DNA of 63,226 nt, filler included, from Octopus bimaculoides (GCF_001194135.2; 8 parts of 8 records of this genome joined end to end with filler, not necessarily neighbours in it), one strand, 5' to 3'. Positions 22,018-36,361 are shown, counted from the whole stretch's first letter. Translations and numbers: made by a program. Notes: generated by a model not told the origin, from the sequence alone.

Positions 22018-22469
22018 CTCCTCACTCTTCTAAAATCTCTATACCATTCTGGAATATAATTCCAACTGTTATGAAAACAAAAAATTATGGAACCCGTAGT
22101 GGTTACACTCCTTATGCGCATGCGCAGCATCTTTGGTTACAATGGAAGCAGAGTTCTTTGCAAAAGGTTATGGAACACATGGTGCTTAGACTCCTTGATT
22201 ACTATGGAAAGAGAGTTCCTTGCTTACTATGCTAACAGAACTCATGGTGATGTGTAAAATGCTCTCTTCTAATTGGCTAAAATACCCAAATTTTGCAAAC
22301 TTTCAATCTAATAACTTTTTAATTAGAGATTTATAAGGAAAATGATTTTTATTTTCATAATTAGTATACAAAACTTAATCTATATAACAAATTTGAAAAC
22401 AATTGGGTCACAATTGGAGATAGTGTTTCAAACCACAAAGATCCTTAAATTGTCAGAAATGTCACTATG

Positions 22470-22800
22470 ACAGGCAAAATGCTTAGCGGCATTTATTCCG
22501 GCTTTAGGTTCTGAATTTAAATACCACCAAGGTTGAATTTGCCCTTGATTTCGGGGTCAATGAAATGGGTACCAGTTGACTATTTCTCTTCCCCAAATTT
22601 CAGGCCATTTGCCTCTAGTAAAAATGCCCATTGTTATTTTTAAAGCGGCGAGGTGGTAGAAATATCAACAAGCTGGACAAAACACTTAGCGACATTTCCT
22701 CCATCGTTACCTTTTGAGCTCCAATTTTTCCGAGGCTGATTTTGCATTCCACACTTTCAGAGTGTATAAAATAAGTACCAATCAATTACCGGAACCGACG
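22470..22800 (+). mobile_element. Two tandem diverged SINE family B copies
   Basis: Each contains aaatgcttagcg.cattt...ttt.cc.t...ggggtcaatgaaa / aaataagtacca. Confidence 0.7.
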
Positions 22801-24519
22801 CGATCAACTTCAAATCCCGCTAGAATTTCAGGCCTTATGCCTCTCGCGGAATTGTTATCATTAAGGCGCCGAGCTAAAAGAATTGTCAGCCTAACTCCAG
22901 AAGTGCTTAGCGATATTTGTTCTGATTCTTTACCTAAAGTTCAAATTTTGCCAAAGACAACTTTGTTTCTTATCATTTTAGGATAAAAAAAATACATGAG
23001 AGTGAGTCGATGCAACCGACTTAACATTTTCCCTACAATTGCTGAGCTCGTGCCAAAATTTGAACGAATTATTTTTGTTTTCCATAATATTGTAGTTGTT
23101 CTTGCAGTTGTTATCGTTGTTACGCTTGTTACTGTTGTTATTTTTGTCGTTGTGGTTGTTGTTGTTCTTCTTCGTATTGTTATTATTATCAATAATATTA
23201 ACACACTAACTTTTTGTTTTTGTACGTACCTGATGTGTGTGTCACATTTACTTTAAAAAAATTTCAAAGCGAGAGAGAGAGAGAGAGAGAGAGAGGACAG
23301 AGAGAAAGTAAGAGAGAAAGAGAGAGAGAGTGAGTGAGTGAGAGAGAAAGTGAGAGTGAAAAAGGCACTGGTTAGTGACGGCGTTCGTTTTGTGTTTTTA
23401 AATGTTTATCACATCGCAAGAGTAGATACATAGATACATATACACAGCAAATATTGGATGTCAGTTTCACTTCTCATTACCAAATGAGGATAAAATTAAT
23501 TCATAAATGGTTGAGTACTTCACAGACATGCATAACATGAACGTAGTTCTCAGAACCCTTTGAATTACAGCTACAGCTTGAGACATATATATATATATAT
23601 ATATATATATNNNNNNNNNNNNNNNNNNNNNNNNNNNNNNNNNNNNNNNNNNNNNNNNNNNNNNNNNNNNNNNNNNNNNNNNNNNNNNNNNNNNNNNNNN
23701 NNNNNNNNTGTGTGTGCGCGTGCGTGTGTGTGTATGTGTGTGTGTGTGCGTGCGTGCGTGCGTATGTGTGTGTGTGCGTGTGTGCGTGCGTGTATAGTTT
23801 AGATTATTTAAAACATGTTTGCAATAATAAGTGTCGCGTGTTGGAAATAAACGCAATTACCAAATTTTCATTCATAGATCCATTTATTATTTCGTTCTTT
23901 TCCATTTCAATTTGTACATTTGTACACCTGATTATGTACAAGCACATGTGTAAAACGACGGACTTTTTAAAATCATTTATTGCATATATAGGAAGGACAG
24001 AGAGGGAGTGAGAGAGAGCGAGAGAGAGAGGGAGAGAAAGAGAGAGAGAGAGGAGTGAGTGGGGACTCAAAGCCACAGTAAATACTGGATACCGTATCCT
24101 AAACAAAAACTCTCTAACACATTCGTATATGTTGTTCAATTGAAACAATGAATCATTTTAGACATCTATTGTTTTAATAGCAAGAGAAAAACTGTGAGAG
24201 AAAGAGCTTCAAGAAAAAACTAAAACAATTCCAGTCAGTGGCAACGCAACAAGTAGGAAGAGAGAGTGATTGAGAGAGAGAGTGAGAGAGAGAAAGAGAG
24301 AGAGAGGTGAAAACTTCGTTGTGGACTATCTGACACTGTCTGTGTGTCTGCTTCTCTCTCTAGGTATGTGTCTGTGTATGTGTGTGCATGTATGTGTACG
24401 TTTATATGTATATGACTGTGCGTGTTGCCGTTTTAAATTTCTTTCTGCGACTGACCTTAAACTGCTATTAAAGGCCCAACCACACACATATTTGTTTTAA
24501 CCCATTTCAACTGCAGCCA

Positions 24520-26080
24520 TACACCAGATAACGTGGTAAAATATATTTCTAAAATATATTTCTAAGTATGTTTATAAAGGACATGACTGTACAATGATGA
24601 CATTTATTTCAGTGCAACAAAATGGCAACGAAAGTAGAGAAATAAGACCGCATCAGCAGTATGATGAAATGAAACAGTTCTTATCCTGTAGGTATGTTTC
24701 CGCCCCTGAAGCAATGTGGCGCCTCCCTAACTATCCTATGCATAGCCAATCTCATACAATGTATCGTCTAACCGTACATCTTCCAGGTGAACAGAGAGAG
24801 TATTATTGACAGGGAGAGCAACAAGGAGCTGTTGATAGAGATCGACAACGTGATACAGCATTAATTTCTTGGTTCAAATTAAACCAAAATGATATAAATG
24901 CACTCCCTTTTTTGCATTGCGAAATTCCTGAACACTACATATTCAATAAGAAAGACACACGTTGGACACAGACAACGAGCATGCAGTATTGTCAGCAGAA
25001 TATACTCTGTGAGTCCAAGAGATGTTGAAAAGTTTCATTTGAAGCTGTTGTTACTTCATGTTCCTAGAGTCACTTCCTATGAGGACTTAAAGAGAGTAGA
25101 AGGAGAAATTTTACCATCGTTTAAAGAAGCTTGCATCAGACTAAGGTTATAGGAATATGATGAAGAACTAATAAATACTTTCAGAGAGGCAGTAGCATTT
25201 AGAATGCCACGTCAGTTACTCAATTTGTTTGCCATGACTTGCTTATTTAACCTTCCTCAAACTGCCCTTCAAATATGGAATAATTACAACGAAAACATAA
25301 TTGAGCATTTAATTACAGAGTACGATGCAACCACTGCCGAAAATTTGGCTTTACATTCATTGAGTAGCGTATTCAAAGAACATGGAACCTCTTGCAGCAT
25401 ATTTGGTTTACCAGAATCCTTTGGACAAACATTTACACAGGATAATGGCGTGTCCATCGAACCTGCTAATATAAGTATTTTAAATCACGAACACCATCAA
25501 GTTCTGCACACTGCAAGGAAGGCTGTTGCTGCAGCCGATAGAAACCAACTAGAAAATAGAAATTGTTTCTATCTAGACACCCCCGGTGGTTCTGGAAATT
25601 CTTATATTTTCAATATGTTACAACGTCATATTACTGCTAACGGAATTACTGTAAGTATGGCAGCATGGACAGGTATTACTGCTACATTACTGACAAATGA
25701 CAAAACTTTTCACAACATCTCTAAGTTACCAGTGCCACTTACAAAAAATAGTGTTTGCAATGTACGACCATATTTAGAACATACTATCGAACTTAGATGA
25801 ATACAAGTTTTCATAGTAGATGAAGCATTAATGATTCCCAGTTATGCTTTAAATGACATACATAGGTGCCTAAAAGACATAATGGGAAACGATGCAGTCT
25901 TTGGAGGAAAATAATTCTACTCGGAGGCGATTTTAGAGAAACTCTTCCAATTGTTCTCTGAGCTCCTCTAGCAACTATCATTGATGCATGCATTAAAAGA
26001 TCACATTTATGGCATCATTTGCATCACTTTAGGTTAACTCGAAATATGAGGGCAGATGTTAATGAACAAGAATTTTCTTA
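24520..26080 (+). mobile_element. Helitron RepHel remnant (PIF1 helicase region)
   Basis: KYVYKGHD, RYVSAPEAMWRL, RLTVHLP, YSVSPRDVEKFHLKLLLLHVP, SFKEAC, Walker A-like LDTPGGSGNS, WTGITATLL, Walker B-like IVDEALM and FGGK..GGDF. Several stops and frameshifts. Confidence 0.93.
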
Positions 26081-26288
26081 GTGGCTCTTTTTATTTGGCA
26101 ATGGTTCCCCAAACAGTGTTCACCAAGATGTTTCACTGCATACTGTTGACGTACCTACTTCTTTCTGCTATCAAACATCACCATCTTTTCCACTTCTTTC
26201 TCCTCATCTTTCATGTAAAATCTCACACAAATTGGAGATTGTTCTTATGATATTCCTCTCATCTACATACCAGTCGCTAATAAACGAA

Positions 26289-26289
<1 letters not shown>

Positions 26290-26339
<50 letters not shown>

Positions 26340-26444
26340 TAAGTCCCTTAGGTATTGTACTTTTTTCCTCACATTGATGCACTAAATCATTTTCTTGTTT
26401 TCGTTGTTACAGTTTGTCGTTGTTGTTATAGTTGTCGTTGTCAC

Positions 26445-26479
<35 letters not shown>

Positions 26480-26700
26480 TTCTTCTTCTTCTTCTTCTTC
26501 TTCTTCTTCTTCTTCTTCTTCTTCTTCTTCGTCTTCTTCTTCTTCTTCTTCTTCTTCTTCTTCTTCTTCTTCTTCCCTTTCTTTTTCTTCTTCTTCTTCT
26601 TCTTCTTCTTCTTCTTCTTCTTCTTCTTCTTCTTCCTACTCCTCTCCCCCTTGTCCACAGCCTTTAACTTCTCTTCTCTCTCTCTCTCTCTCTCTAAATT
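26290..26700. repeat. Compound microsatellites (ATT)n, (GTT)n, (TCT)n, (CT)n
   Basis: Direct reading of the sequence. Confidence 0.95.
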
Positions 26701-27479
26701 TCTATTGTAGTGATGGCAATATTTCCCCTTTCAGTAGCTGCGCCATTTAATTAGTCACGGTTTATTTATTTTAGTGTTTGTCTCCCTAAATTATCTCTAA
26801 TTCTTTTTAATCGGTTTTCCCTCCTGTATATATTTTATAAACATTATTCGAATATGTAATTCACTTATTTCTACGCTTAATGATAATTACAAAATTTGAT
26901 TAATTATTCATTGTCATTAAAAATTCATTACTATTTCACACATATCATTTCTTGAAAACGAATCTCATTATCAATGAGGTAATTACACAAAATAAGAACT
27001 TCAGAGAACAAGCAAAAGCACAAGAGAATGCAGGTGAATAGTAAGTTAGAGAGCGAGTGTTGTGGGGTGAGTTTGTAGCGTATAGAAATAAAGTTACGAT
27101 TATAAATATGTACACTTACATCTCTAACTCTTCTNNNNNNNNNNNNNNNNNNNNNNNNNNNNNNNNNNNNNNNNNNNNNNNNNNNNNNNNNNNNNNNNNN
27201 NNNNNNNNNNNNNNNNNNNNNNNNNNNNNNNNNNNNNNNNNNNNNNNNNNNNNNNNNNNNNNNNNNNNNNNNNNNNNNNNNNNNNNNNNNNNNNNNNNNN
27301 NNNNNNNNNNNNNNNNNNNNNNNNNNNNNNNNNNNNNNNNNNNNNNNNNNNNNNNNNNNNNNNNNNNNNNNNNNNNNNNNNNNNNNNNNNNNNNNNNNNN
27401 NNNNNNNNNNNNNNNNNNNNNNNNNNNNNNNNNNNNNNNNNNNNNNNNNNNNNNNNNNNNNNNNNNNNNNNNNNNNNNN

Positions 27480-27524
<45 letters not shown>

Positions 27525-28959
27525 TATACACATACACACACACACACAGACACATATATATATATATATAAAGATGAGAATGTGTGTCAGTCTGTGTGTG
27601 TGTGTGTGTGTCTGTCTGTCTGTTTGTGTGAATCCCTAAAACTCGAGAACTACCCAACCTATTTCATTCAAATTTTACACATACCATACTTACGCCCCAT
27701 GCAATGTCATGGGTCACAAAAAATCTCAACGTCTTGCCTAATGCGAGACCAGAGCAATTTCTTATCTCTTACACTGTTTCAGTATTACGTGTCACAAGTG
27801 AAACAATAACATCTCTGTATTGTAATGTTAAACACTTTCACTTTCATAATTTCGCTAGTAAAGTGAAACTATTACCTCACACATATATATATGCATACAT
27901 ACATATTCGTCATAAACACTCTACCACTGCCACTAATAACTTTTGAGAACCCTTTCAGACCTGCCTTACATTCGAACCGGAATCTCAAAAACATTGTCCC
28001 CTTACAGCTCATTCTCATTTCATTCCCTCGACAGGGAAATGAAACTTACTTCTCACTACGGGACAATGGAAGAAGGTAACAGTCATTAACTATATGCTAC
28101 GTTGTCAAGTGAAGTATATTGTCATCCGCTTCACCTCTAACCTTCCAAGCGTACGGAGAGTTCAAACGACCCCACACCACTTTAGAACCCCTGATATCTT
28201 CATCCTTCTAGCTGTCTGCTTTCTTATAAGTACGACAAAATTCATGTCCAGGCAAACAACATTCGGAACGCAATTTATAATCACTGACTCCTTTCCTCTT
28301 ACTATTTCTTTTGTTTTGTCTTTCACAACATTGCTCTATCAAAGCAATACTGATCAACTAAAGCATATTCATTCAATTTCCTGAATTCGGTACGTAACCG
28401 TTTTCATTTGTAACTTGCATCAATTTCCATAAATGCAACCGCACGCGTTTCACTAAGGAAATATGAAAGATTTGACTGCTATTTCTAGCACGAGCTGCTA
28501 CCACGTAACAGCTTTTCGCAAATACCTATTCAGTGGTAGGTAGCACGACGTCCTACAAATACCAACCAAATCGGTTAATGTTTACAAGTACACCTGCATA
28601 TCAACTCCCAGCACTTTTCTTTCTCTCTTTTGAAGCGGATTCTGATGTTTTCCATCATGGACATTCCATTTATGCAAAAATAATATCTTTCATTTTCAAT
28701 TCCCTGTCCCTACTCCAAATTTTTACATTTTCACTTCTTTCAAAATAATTTCTTACTTCTTTCCTAATGTGGGCGCCGAGCAATCTTTTATATTACTTCA
28801 GTCAATTTCTTACATTTTCACTTCTTTTCTACCGAAGAGAGGTAACTTTTGGTGGATTTAAAGCTGTAGCTTTGATCAAAAAGCAGTCAACACCATTGAC
28901 TGAATTGGGGCATTGGGATAAAATTAATATTGTCAGCGTCAAACAGTGACTAGGCATAA

Positions 28960-29720
28960 GCGAGCGCTAGGTTAGTCAAAATATGAGTCTCAGATGCAGA
29001 GTTTCTGGATCTTTAGCCTTCGTGATTGGGAAACACCTAAGAGACGGAGCTGGTCTGGGCAGATATGGTGTTTTTACATCTTTTACCATAAGAGAGAATT
29101 TCTTTTCACCACGGTAACTGCAGTGACCTTGCCGTTATAAGTTAAAATATGTCAGAAACATTTATTTAAGCTAAAGTTAGCTTATGCCTAATCCCTGCTA
29201 AGCAGTAATTCTGGTGATTTTATACTGTCTGGGGATAACATTCCCTGTTCATGGATTGCAAATGCATCGGAAAGCGAAGCCGTCTTATGTGTGCTGAGCG
29301 TTTCACATCCATGTTTTCTTTGAGGCTAATTAGTCCGGCTGTTTTAAAGTTGCATGGGAGGTCATGAAATCGTGAGTGCTTCTTGAGGAGCTCACTGCTC
29401 ATCCGTAGAATAGTGTTCCATTCTCTTTTCAGCATTAAGTTAATGTATTTACTTTTGGTACTCTTGTTTAGCAAATAATCTCTGCACTGAACCCAAGCCT
29501 CTATTTTATTTATCTGTTCTTAGGTACAGCCTGTCGAAGTCACTATTTATACGGAGATTTCTTGTTGATGCCAGTATTTTAAAAGTCTACAGGGTGTATT
29601 TCTTCAAGAGTTTAATTGTTCAATAGACCAGTCAAGAATTCCAGATGCTGGAATCAGCACTGTTAATGCAAATGTATTGTGGGATATTGTCTTGTTGTAA
29701 GAGGAGAGTTCCGACGGCAA
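28960..29720 (-). mobile_element. R4/Dong-clade non-LTR retrotransposon remnant
   Basis: SELSSYNKTISHNTFALTVLIPASGILDWSIEQL...NSDFDRLYLR...RGL, the post-RT region typical of R4/Dong elements. Confidence 0.8.
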
Positions 29721-30578
29721 GTATGTATGCATATATGTGTGTATTTATGAACGTATGTATGCATGTAAGTATGTATGTATGTATGTATGTATGTATGCAT
29801 TAGAGAGCGGTAATTTTAAGGTGAACACTTATGAATGACATGTTTCAGTTTCGATCCCACTGCACAACTCCGTGTTCTTGAGTACCCACATCTTGTGAGT
29901 AGTATTCAGTACAAAAACTTATTAAAGCTCTTTACGAGTGGGACATCAGTTCAATTAGTGGCAGTTGTAGCAAGATATAGCATATAGTAGTTTACAGCTT
30001 GATTTTCTAAACGCTGAAGGTTAGGCGACATATCAAATTGCAAGAGAAATTAGCCATGAGCGTGAAAAATAAAAGTTAAATTTTAACCATCATAGTTGAT
30101 GTGATGAGGAAATATATATCATGACTAACTTCAACTTAATCCTATCTTGACAAAAACATAGAAGGCAATGATATAATGAAGAGAACTAATATGACAGAAA
30201 CATGTCAAGGGTTGATGCCCGTACTGGCTGAGACTAGATCACAATTAGAACTATTATACGTTCTATTGATGAGTTTCAAATAAATACAGCAACCACTTGT
30301 TGCATAAAATGACCTCTTACTTTCGTCATATGACTGAGAAACATGTAGATTTTAAGAGACAAAAAGATATTTACGTACTTGCTGGAAGTTGATTCCATTT
30401 GGTGTTCTCAGTAACACGCTTATTTCCAAACCAAAACATAGAAAAGTATTACTAACGGTACAATAACGAACTATTTGGATTGACCGAGATAGATTTTTAC
30501 AATCAAATATAGTATCGGGTAATTTGTCTTCTATTAGTTAATACCAACATACATGCCCATGTGTGCGCGTGTTTAAGT

Positions 30579-30651
<73 letters not shown>

Positions 30652-31096
30652 CACACATATATATATAGGCACTTGTGTTTGTACTTATGTACATATGTAT
30701 ATACATGTAATATATATATGTATATATATGTAATGTATATATATATATCCGTGCGTGAGTGTATTTATGTATGTATGTATGTATGTATGTATGTATGTGT
30801 GTATGTATGTATGTATGTATATTCATGGGGATGAATTGCACGCACACACACACAGATATAGATATGGGAGGTAACGATGTATGGCAGGAAGTTGAGTTGA
30901 ACTGAATGTCTTCTCTGATCCGACTTTAGTTAGAATCGCTTCACTTACAATGCTGCTATCCTTGTGGAAGATCATTAATATCATAAAGCATGACTGTCAC
31001 AACTTCCCATTTCACTTCCTTTCTTATAAACTGGTACACTATAGTCTGAGTGGGATATAATACTATTGCATATACGCACGCACACAAATACATATG

Positions 31097-31130
<34 letters not shown>

Positions 31131-32179
31131 NNNNNNNNNNNNNNNNNNNNNNNNNNNNNNNNNNNNNNNNNNNNNNNNNNNNNNNNNNNNNNNNNNNNNN
31201 NNNNNNNNNNNNNNNNNNNNNNNNNNNNNNNNNNNNNNNNNNNNNNNNNNNNNNNNNNNNNNNNNNNNNNNNNNNNNNNNNNNNNNNNNNNNNNNNNNNN
31301 NNNNNNNNNNNNNNNNNNNNNNNNNNNNNNNNNNNNNNNNNNNNNNNNNNNNNNNNNNNNNNNNNNNNNNNNNNNNNNNNNNNNNNNNNNNNNNNNNNNN
31401 NNNNNNNNNNNNNNNNNNNNNNNNNNNNNNNNNNNNNNNNNNNNNNNNNNNNNNNNNNNNNNNNNNNNNNNNNNNNNNNNNNNNNNNNNNNNNNNNNNNN
31501 NNNNNNNNNNNNNNNNNNNNNNNNNNNNNNNNNNNNNNNNNNNNNNNNNNNNNNNNNNNNNNNNNNNNNNNNNNNNNNNNNNNNNNNNNNNNNNNNNNNN
31601 NNNNNNNNNNNNNNNNNNNNNNNNNNNNNNNNNNNNNNNNNNNNNNNNNNNNNNNNNNNNNNNNNNNNNNNNNNNNNNNNNNNNNNNNNNNNNNNNNNNN
31701 NNNNNNNNNNNNNNNNNNNNNNNNNNNNNNNNNNNNNNNNNNNNNNNNNNNNNNNNNNNNNNNNNNNNNNNNNNNNNNNNNNNNNNNNNNNNNNNNNNNN
31801 NNNNNNNNNNNNNNNNNNNNNNNNNNNNNNNNNNNNNNNNNNNNNNNNNNNNNNNNNNNNNNNNNNNNNNNNNNNNNNNNNNNNNNNNNNNNNNNNNNNN
31901 NNNNNNNNNNNNNNNNNNNNNNNNNNNNNNNNNNNNNNNNNNNNNNNNNNNNNNNNNNNNNNNNNNNNNNNNNNNNNNNNNNNNNNNNNNNNNNAGTAGT
32001 GATGCGATAAAGTAGTTGTATACTGCCAACTTAACGTGACAGTCCCAATAAGGGAATATACTACTGCTGTTTAGCCCTAGGAAGCCAGACCGCTTCCTAT
32101 TAGGCCTTGACACACTTTCTGTGCCCTTATCCTTACGAAGGGGAGACAAACTCCTCCAGCCATATATATATATATATAT

Positions 32180-33480
32180 AATTGAAATCTATAGAAAAGC
32201 AAAAGACGAAAACAGTTGAATGATCAACAGGCATGTGTATTTGTTTGACTCTCGGGAAAATGAAATCTATTACGTTTCGAGTCTACGCTCTTCAACAGAA
32301 AGAAATAAAAGAAAATGAACAAATAAACCGAGAGAGAAATAATAATAAAAAAATGAAACTTGTAGATTCAGCGGTCAAGCATGGCGAATGATGAGGAAAA
32401 AATGTTTAAAAGGGGACGTTGAAAGAAAGGGAGATAAAAAAAGTACTGGTGATCCCAAATAAAGGTGCACGTGCGTGTGTTTGAGAAAGGTGACTGCGAA
32501 TGTGTAAGAGTGTGTGTTTGTAATTGTGGTGTATGTGAGTGCGTCTGTAACGTGCGTGTGTTGTGCACAGCAATTGGGGTGTACTTTTTTCACGTGATGT
32601 ATATACATAATGTGTGTGTATGTGCCTGTGACCAAACAGTATTCATGGGTATGGTGTATATGTGGTCGTAAGTTAACTTTGTGCATGTAGCGTGTGTATG
32701 CATATATAGCCTGTGCTCAGGTGTTATGTATTGTGTGGGTGTAGGAGTATATATTGCCTGTGTTCAGATATTATGTGCTTGTTTGAGTGTGTGAGTGCGC
32801 GTGATGGTGAGTGGTGTATGTACTGAGTTACACAGTGTGTGTGGCTGCCCATATAGTAGTATGTGTGATAACGATATTGCAGATCGTGTGTGGGTGTGTA
32901 GGTGATAGTGTGTGGTGTGAGTGCTGGGAAGTAGTCGGTGCTAGAGTGTGTGGAATAGTGTGGCGTGGTGGTGTGGTGGGTGATGTGGAGTGTGGGATGG
33001 GGAGTGTTATCAATGAAAAGAGAATGTAGGTGTCACATGAAGAGAGAAGGGAAGTTGAGCCTATGTGGTGTAAAGGAAGGAAGAAAGAAATTTATATCCT
33101 GTTCACGGCGAAGGCAGGAGTCCTAATGGCCCCTATGAAAAGACAGTACGAACACAGACAGATTTTGTAGTGAATGACCGATAGAGCAGAAATGGCGTGA
33201 CACTGGGGTGTCATTGCCGAGTCTGATGTCTCAGAGGTGCTCCGCGAACCGGTCAGCCAAGCAGCGTCCCATTTGACCAATGTACAGAGAAGGGCAGAAA
33301 GAGCAGGAGCTACAATAAATGACATTACTAGAAGTGTAGGTAAAGGAGTCGGTGATGCGATAGGGGCGATGATGGGTGACTGTGATATGTAAAATAAAAG
33401 GGCACCCTGGTTCCATAAAACAGAATATTCCAATGACATGGAAATACAAGTGGGCCTTATCATGACGTTGGAAGATATTC
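32180..33480 (-). mobile_element. Penelope-like element 3' part: GIY-YIG endonuclease and tail
   Basis: SSNVIYCSSCSFCPSLYIGQMGRCLADRFAEHL*DIRLGNDTPVSRHF at 33090-33400, and a hammerhead-like motif at 32266-32302. Confidence 0.85.
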
Positions 33481-34125
33481 AAGCCAGAGTTTGGTTTTTG
33501 TTGAAAGTATTATCGAATTTGCATCCTAAGCTACAAAAACTCATGTAAGGTTTTGTACGTTATGGAATTGTACCAGAATGAATGGTAAAAGGAGGAACTC
33601 TTTTCATTGAAAAGAACTCAACCAATCATACCATATCCAGTTATTAAGAGCTGCTAATGTAACAGTAGGAGATAGGGAAGCCAAAAAAGCTTAATGTAGT
33701 TTAAATCTAGAATAAAAGAAGAAAGATAATATGATTGGCAAGAGAATGTTCTGCATTATAAATCGCCAAAGACAGTTGCAGAAATGGTAGTAACTGTGGT
33801 TGTAGTTGCAGAAAGGAAGGCTGAGAAGGGAAACAGAATGTTTGTTTGTAGCAGCACAACATTAGGCATTGCGGACTAACTGGATAAAAGCCAAAATAGA
33901 CATTACCAATATAGGTTATGTAAATCAAAAGAAATACGTATTACTCATGTATTTAGTGAATGAACTAATACAGAAACAATGCAATAAAGACATGACAACC
34001 TAGAAAGAATAATTCACTGGAAATTATGTAAAAAGCTAAGATTTCACCATGCTCATAAATGGTATGAAGATGAACCGAGTAAAGCTGGAAAGTAAGACGT
34101 ATAAGATGTGGGATTGCATATCAGC
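33480..34125 (+). mobile_element. R4/Dong-clade remnant (RT N-region plus RLE-proximal region)
   Basis: WFLLKVLSNLHPKL..IVPE*MVKGGTLFIEK, then ALRTNWIKAKID and RHDNLERIIHWKLCKKL..KWYEDEP. Confidence 0.85.
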
Positions 34126-35216
34126 CTGTCAGCCTCTCATTCTCCGTGAAGTCGATTGTTGTCAAAGCTGGAAATAGATGAACGCTATCAGGTCTAAAAA
34201 TGCCACGATATGTATCAGGACTGTGCCTCTAAGAATCCAACAATTCAGTTCCGGAGCCAAAACACACATATTCTTACCCAGTGAACCACATATGTATATT
34301 GTATATATGTTCTTTTTATATTTTTTAAAATTCTATTTATCCAGTAGCGATTTGAACCAGAGGCTGTGGCTATGCTGGGACGCTGCCATAATAATGACTA
34401 CTATTAAAAGATTTTTCACCCTTTATTGGGGCCTGATAAGAGCTTGCGGCATTCTTTGAGTTTCATTTTAGTCGTTCATTGAGTTAATGCTGATCGTTAA
34501 CAAAGTGACAGGATATCGAGGGTTGTCGGTTATCGAGGGTTTTAAATAAGTGGTTGAGTGTGTATTTTTACGTGTGTGCACCTGTACTTATGATGTGTGA
34601 ATATGCGTATTTAGTATTTAGGTGTTTATCTGGGTGTGTTCGCCCGCGTGTAGATGATTGCTTTTTAGATATGTGCCTTTGTAGATGCACACAACTGAAT
34701 GTATGCATATATTCATTTAAGGAATCTCAAACGGAGAATATATGTCTATATACATGATGTATGTACTTATGTATGTATGTCACTATGTATTAGTATATTA
34801 TATAAATGTATCATATATATGGAGACATGCGTATGCGTATAAAGTAATAGAGGTAGGCTAGAGAGAGGGATATTTCGAATGAGAATCCAGAAAGAAAAAG
34901 AGAACAAAAAATGTATATAATAAAGTAAGCATCCGACTTACCGACCAGCCAACCAAAACAAGTATAATAAATAAGCACATACATGACTCCTATAATCTAT
35001 AAATAACAAGTATTACGCGGTACAGAATACTGCTTTACTTAAGAAAGAGAAATTATCAGTGAAATGCACGCCGGCCAACCCAATAAGTCATCTTCGCTTC
35101 ATCCAACTTTCATATTTGACACGTTAATAGTAAGTAACAAAACATCACAGATGACTCTTGAATATGATTCTTGATTTTCCCGGGAAGATTCGCCCATTGA
35201 GCAGCTCCTCTTTGTC

Positions 35217-35250
<34 letters not shown>

Positions 35251-35860
35251 TTACATACATGTATAAGTACGTGCATGTAATGTACGAATGTACGTATGTA
35301 CGTACGTATGTATGTGTGCATGCATGAGTGTCTGTGAATACGTGTACGTGTATCGTGTGTCTTTTGGTAACTCGGTGAATGCACATACATAAATATAGTT
35401 CCTGTTTATTTTGAAGTACAAAATCATAAAAGTGCTCTCTACACTCATATATTAGAAGTATATTGCATCTAACTCATGTTTGTTATAATGCCAGTATTGT
35501 GGAACAATTGCGAAGATATTTCTTCTGAATGAAGTGGAACTAAAAGGTCATTCGAATGAAACCTTTCTGAGAACGTCTGATGGTTCCTTTTCATATGACA
35601 AACACGCACACACACAAAAATATTTATTGAATATGTTTGTTGAAAAATATGTAAACACAATATCTTAGTTACAAAACGTTTATGTGAATACATCTCCATA
35701 AAATTATATTTGCATATGCACATTTTTATAAACTTAATCGATAGCATTGATAATGTGTATATATATGTGGTTTTATTTTACGTACACACACAGACATACA
35801 TACACACATGTATAATTACTTGTGCGGTGATATAAACAGATTCACTAGTTTATGTGTAGG

Positions 35861-35920
<60 letters not shown>

Positions 35921-36361
35921 TTATACTTACGTGTATATATACATACACACATACACACATGCATATAAGATACACACATACACACATATATATATGTATA
36001 TGTATATATATATATGTATGTGCGTATGTGTGTGTGTGTGTATGTATATATACACGTATGTATAAATAAAGACATGTAGACACACCCTTGTATAAACATT
36101 GCATATACACACATACACACAGAGATTCACATAGACACACACATAGCCTACCCACACTTACATATATGCTACAACGTACATTTATATCTACATAGACAAA
36201 CAGAGTCAAAACTTATCATATTGTTTGTTATTCTAGAGCAGTTAATGTGCCAGCAACAGTCAGTCGTCCTGCACTCATAAATTTATTCTCGAGATTTTGG
36301 GTCATTCTTCATTTTATGTCTCTGTGTGCGTGTAAGCGTGTTGTGTGTGTACGCAAGTGTA

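Noticed and set aside
25204-25800. Host PIF1 helicase gene
   Set aside because: It is intronless and frameshifted, and is preceded by Helitron-specific linker motifs.
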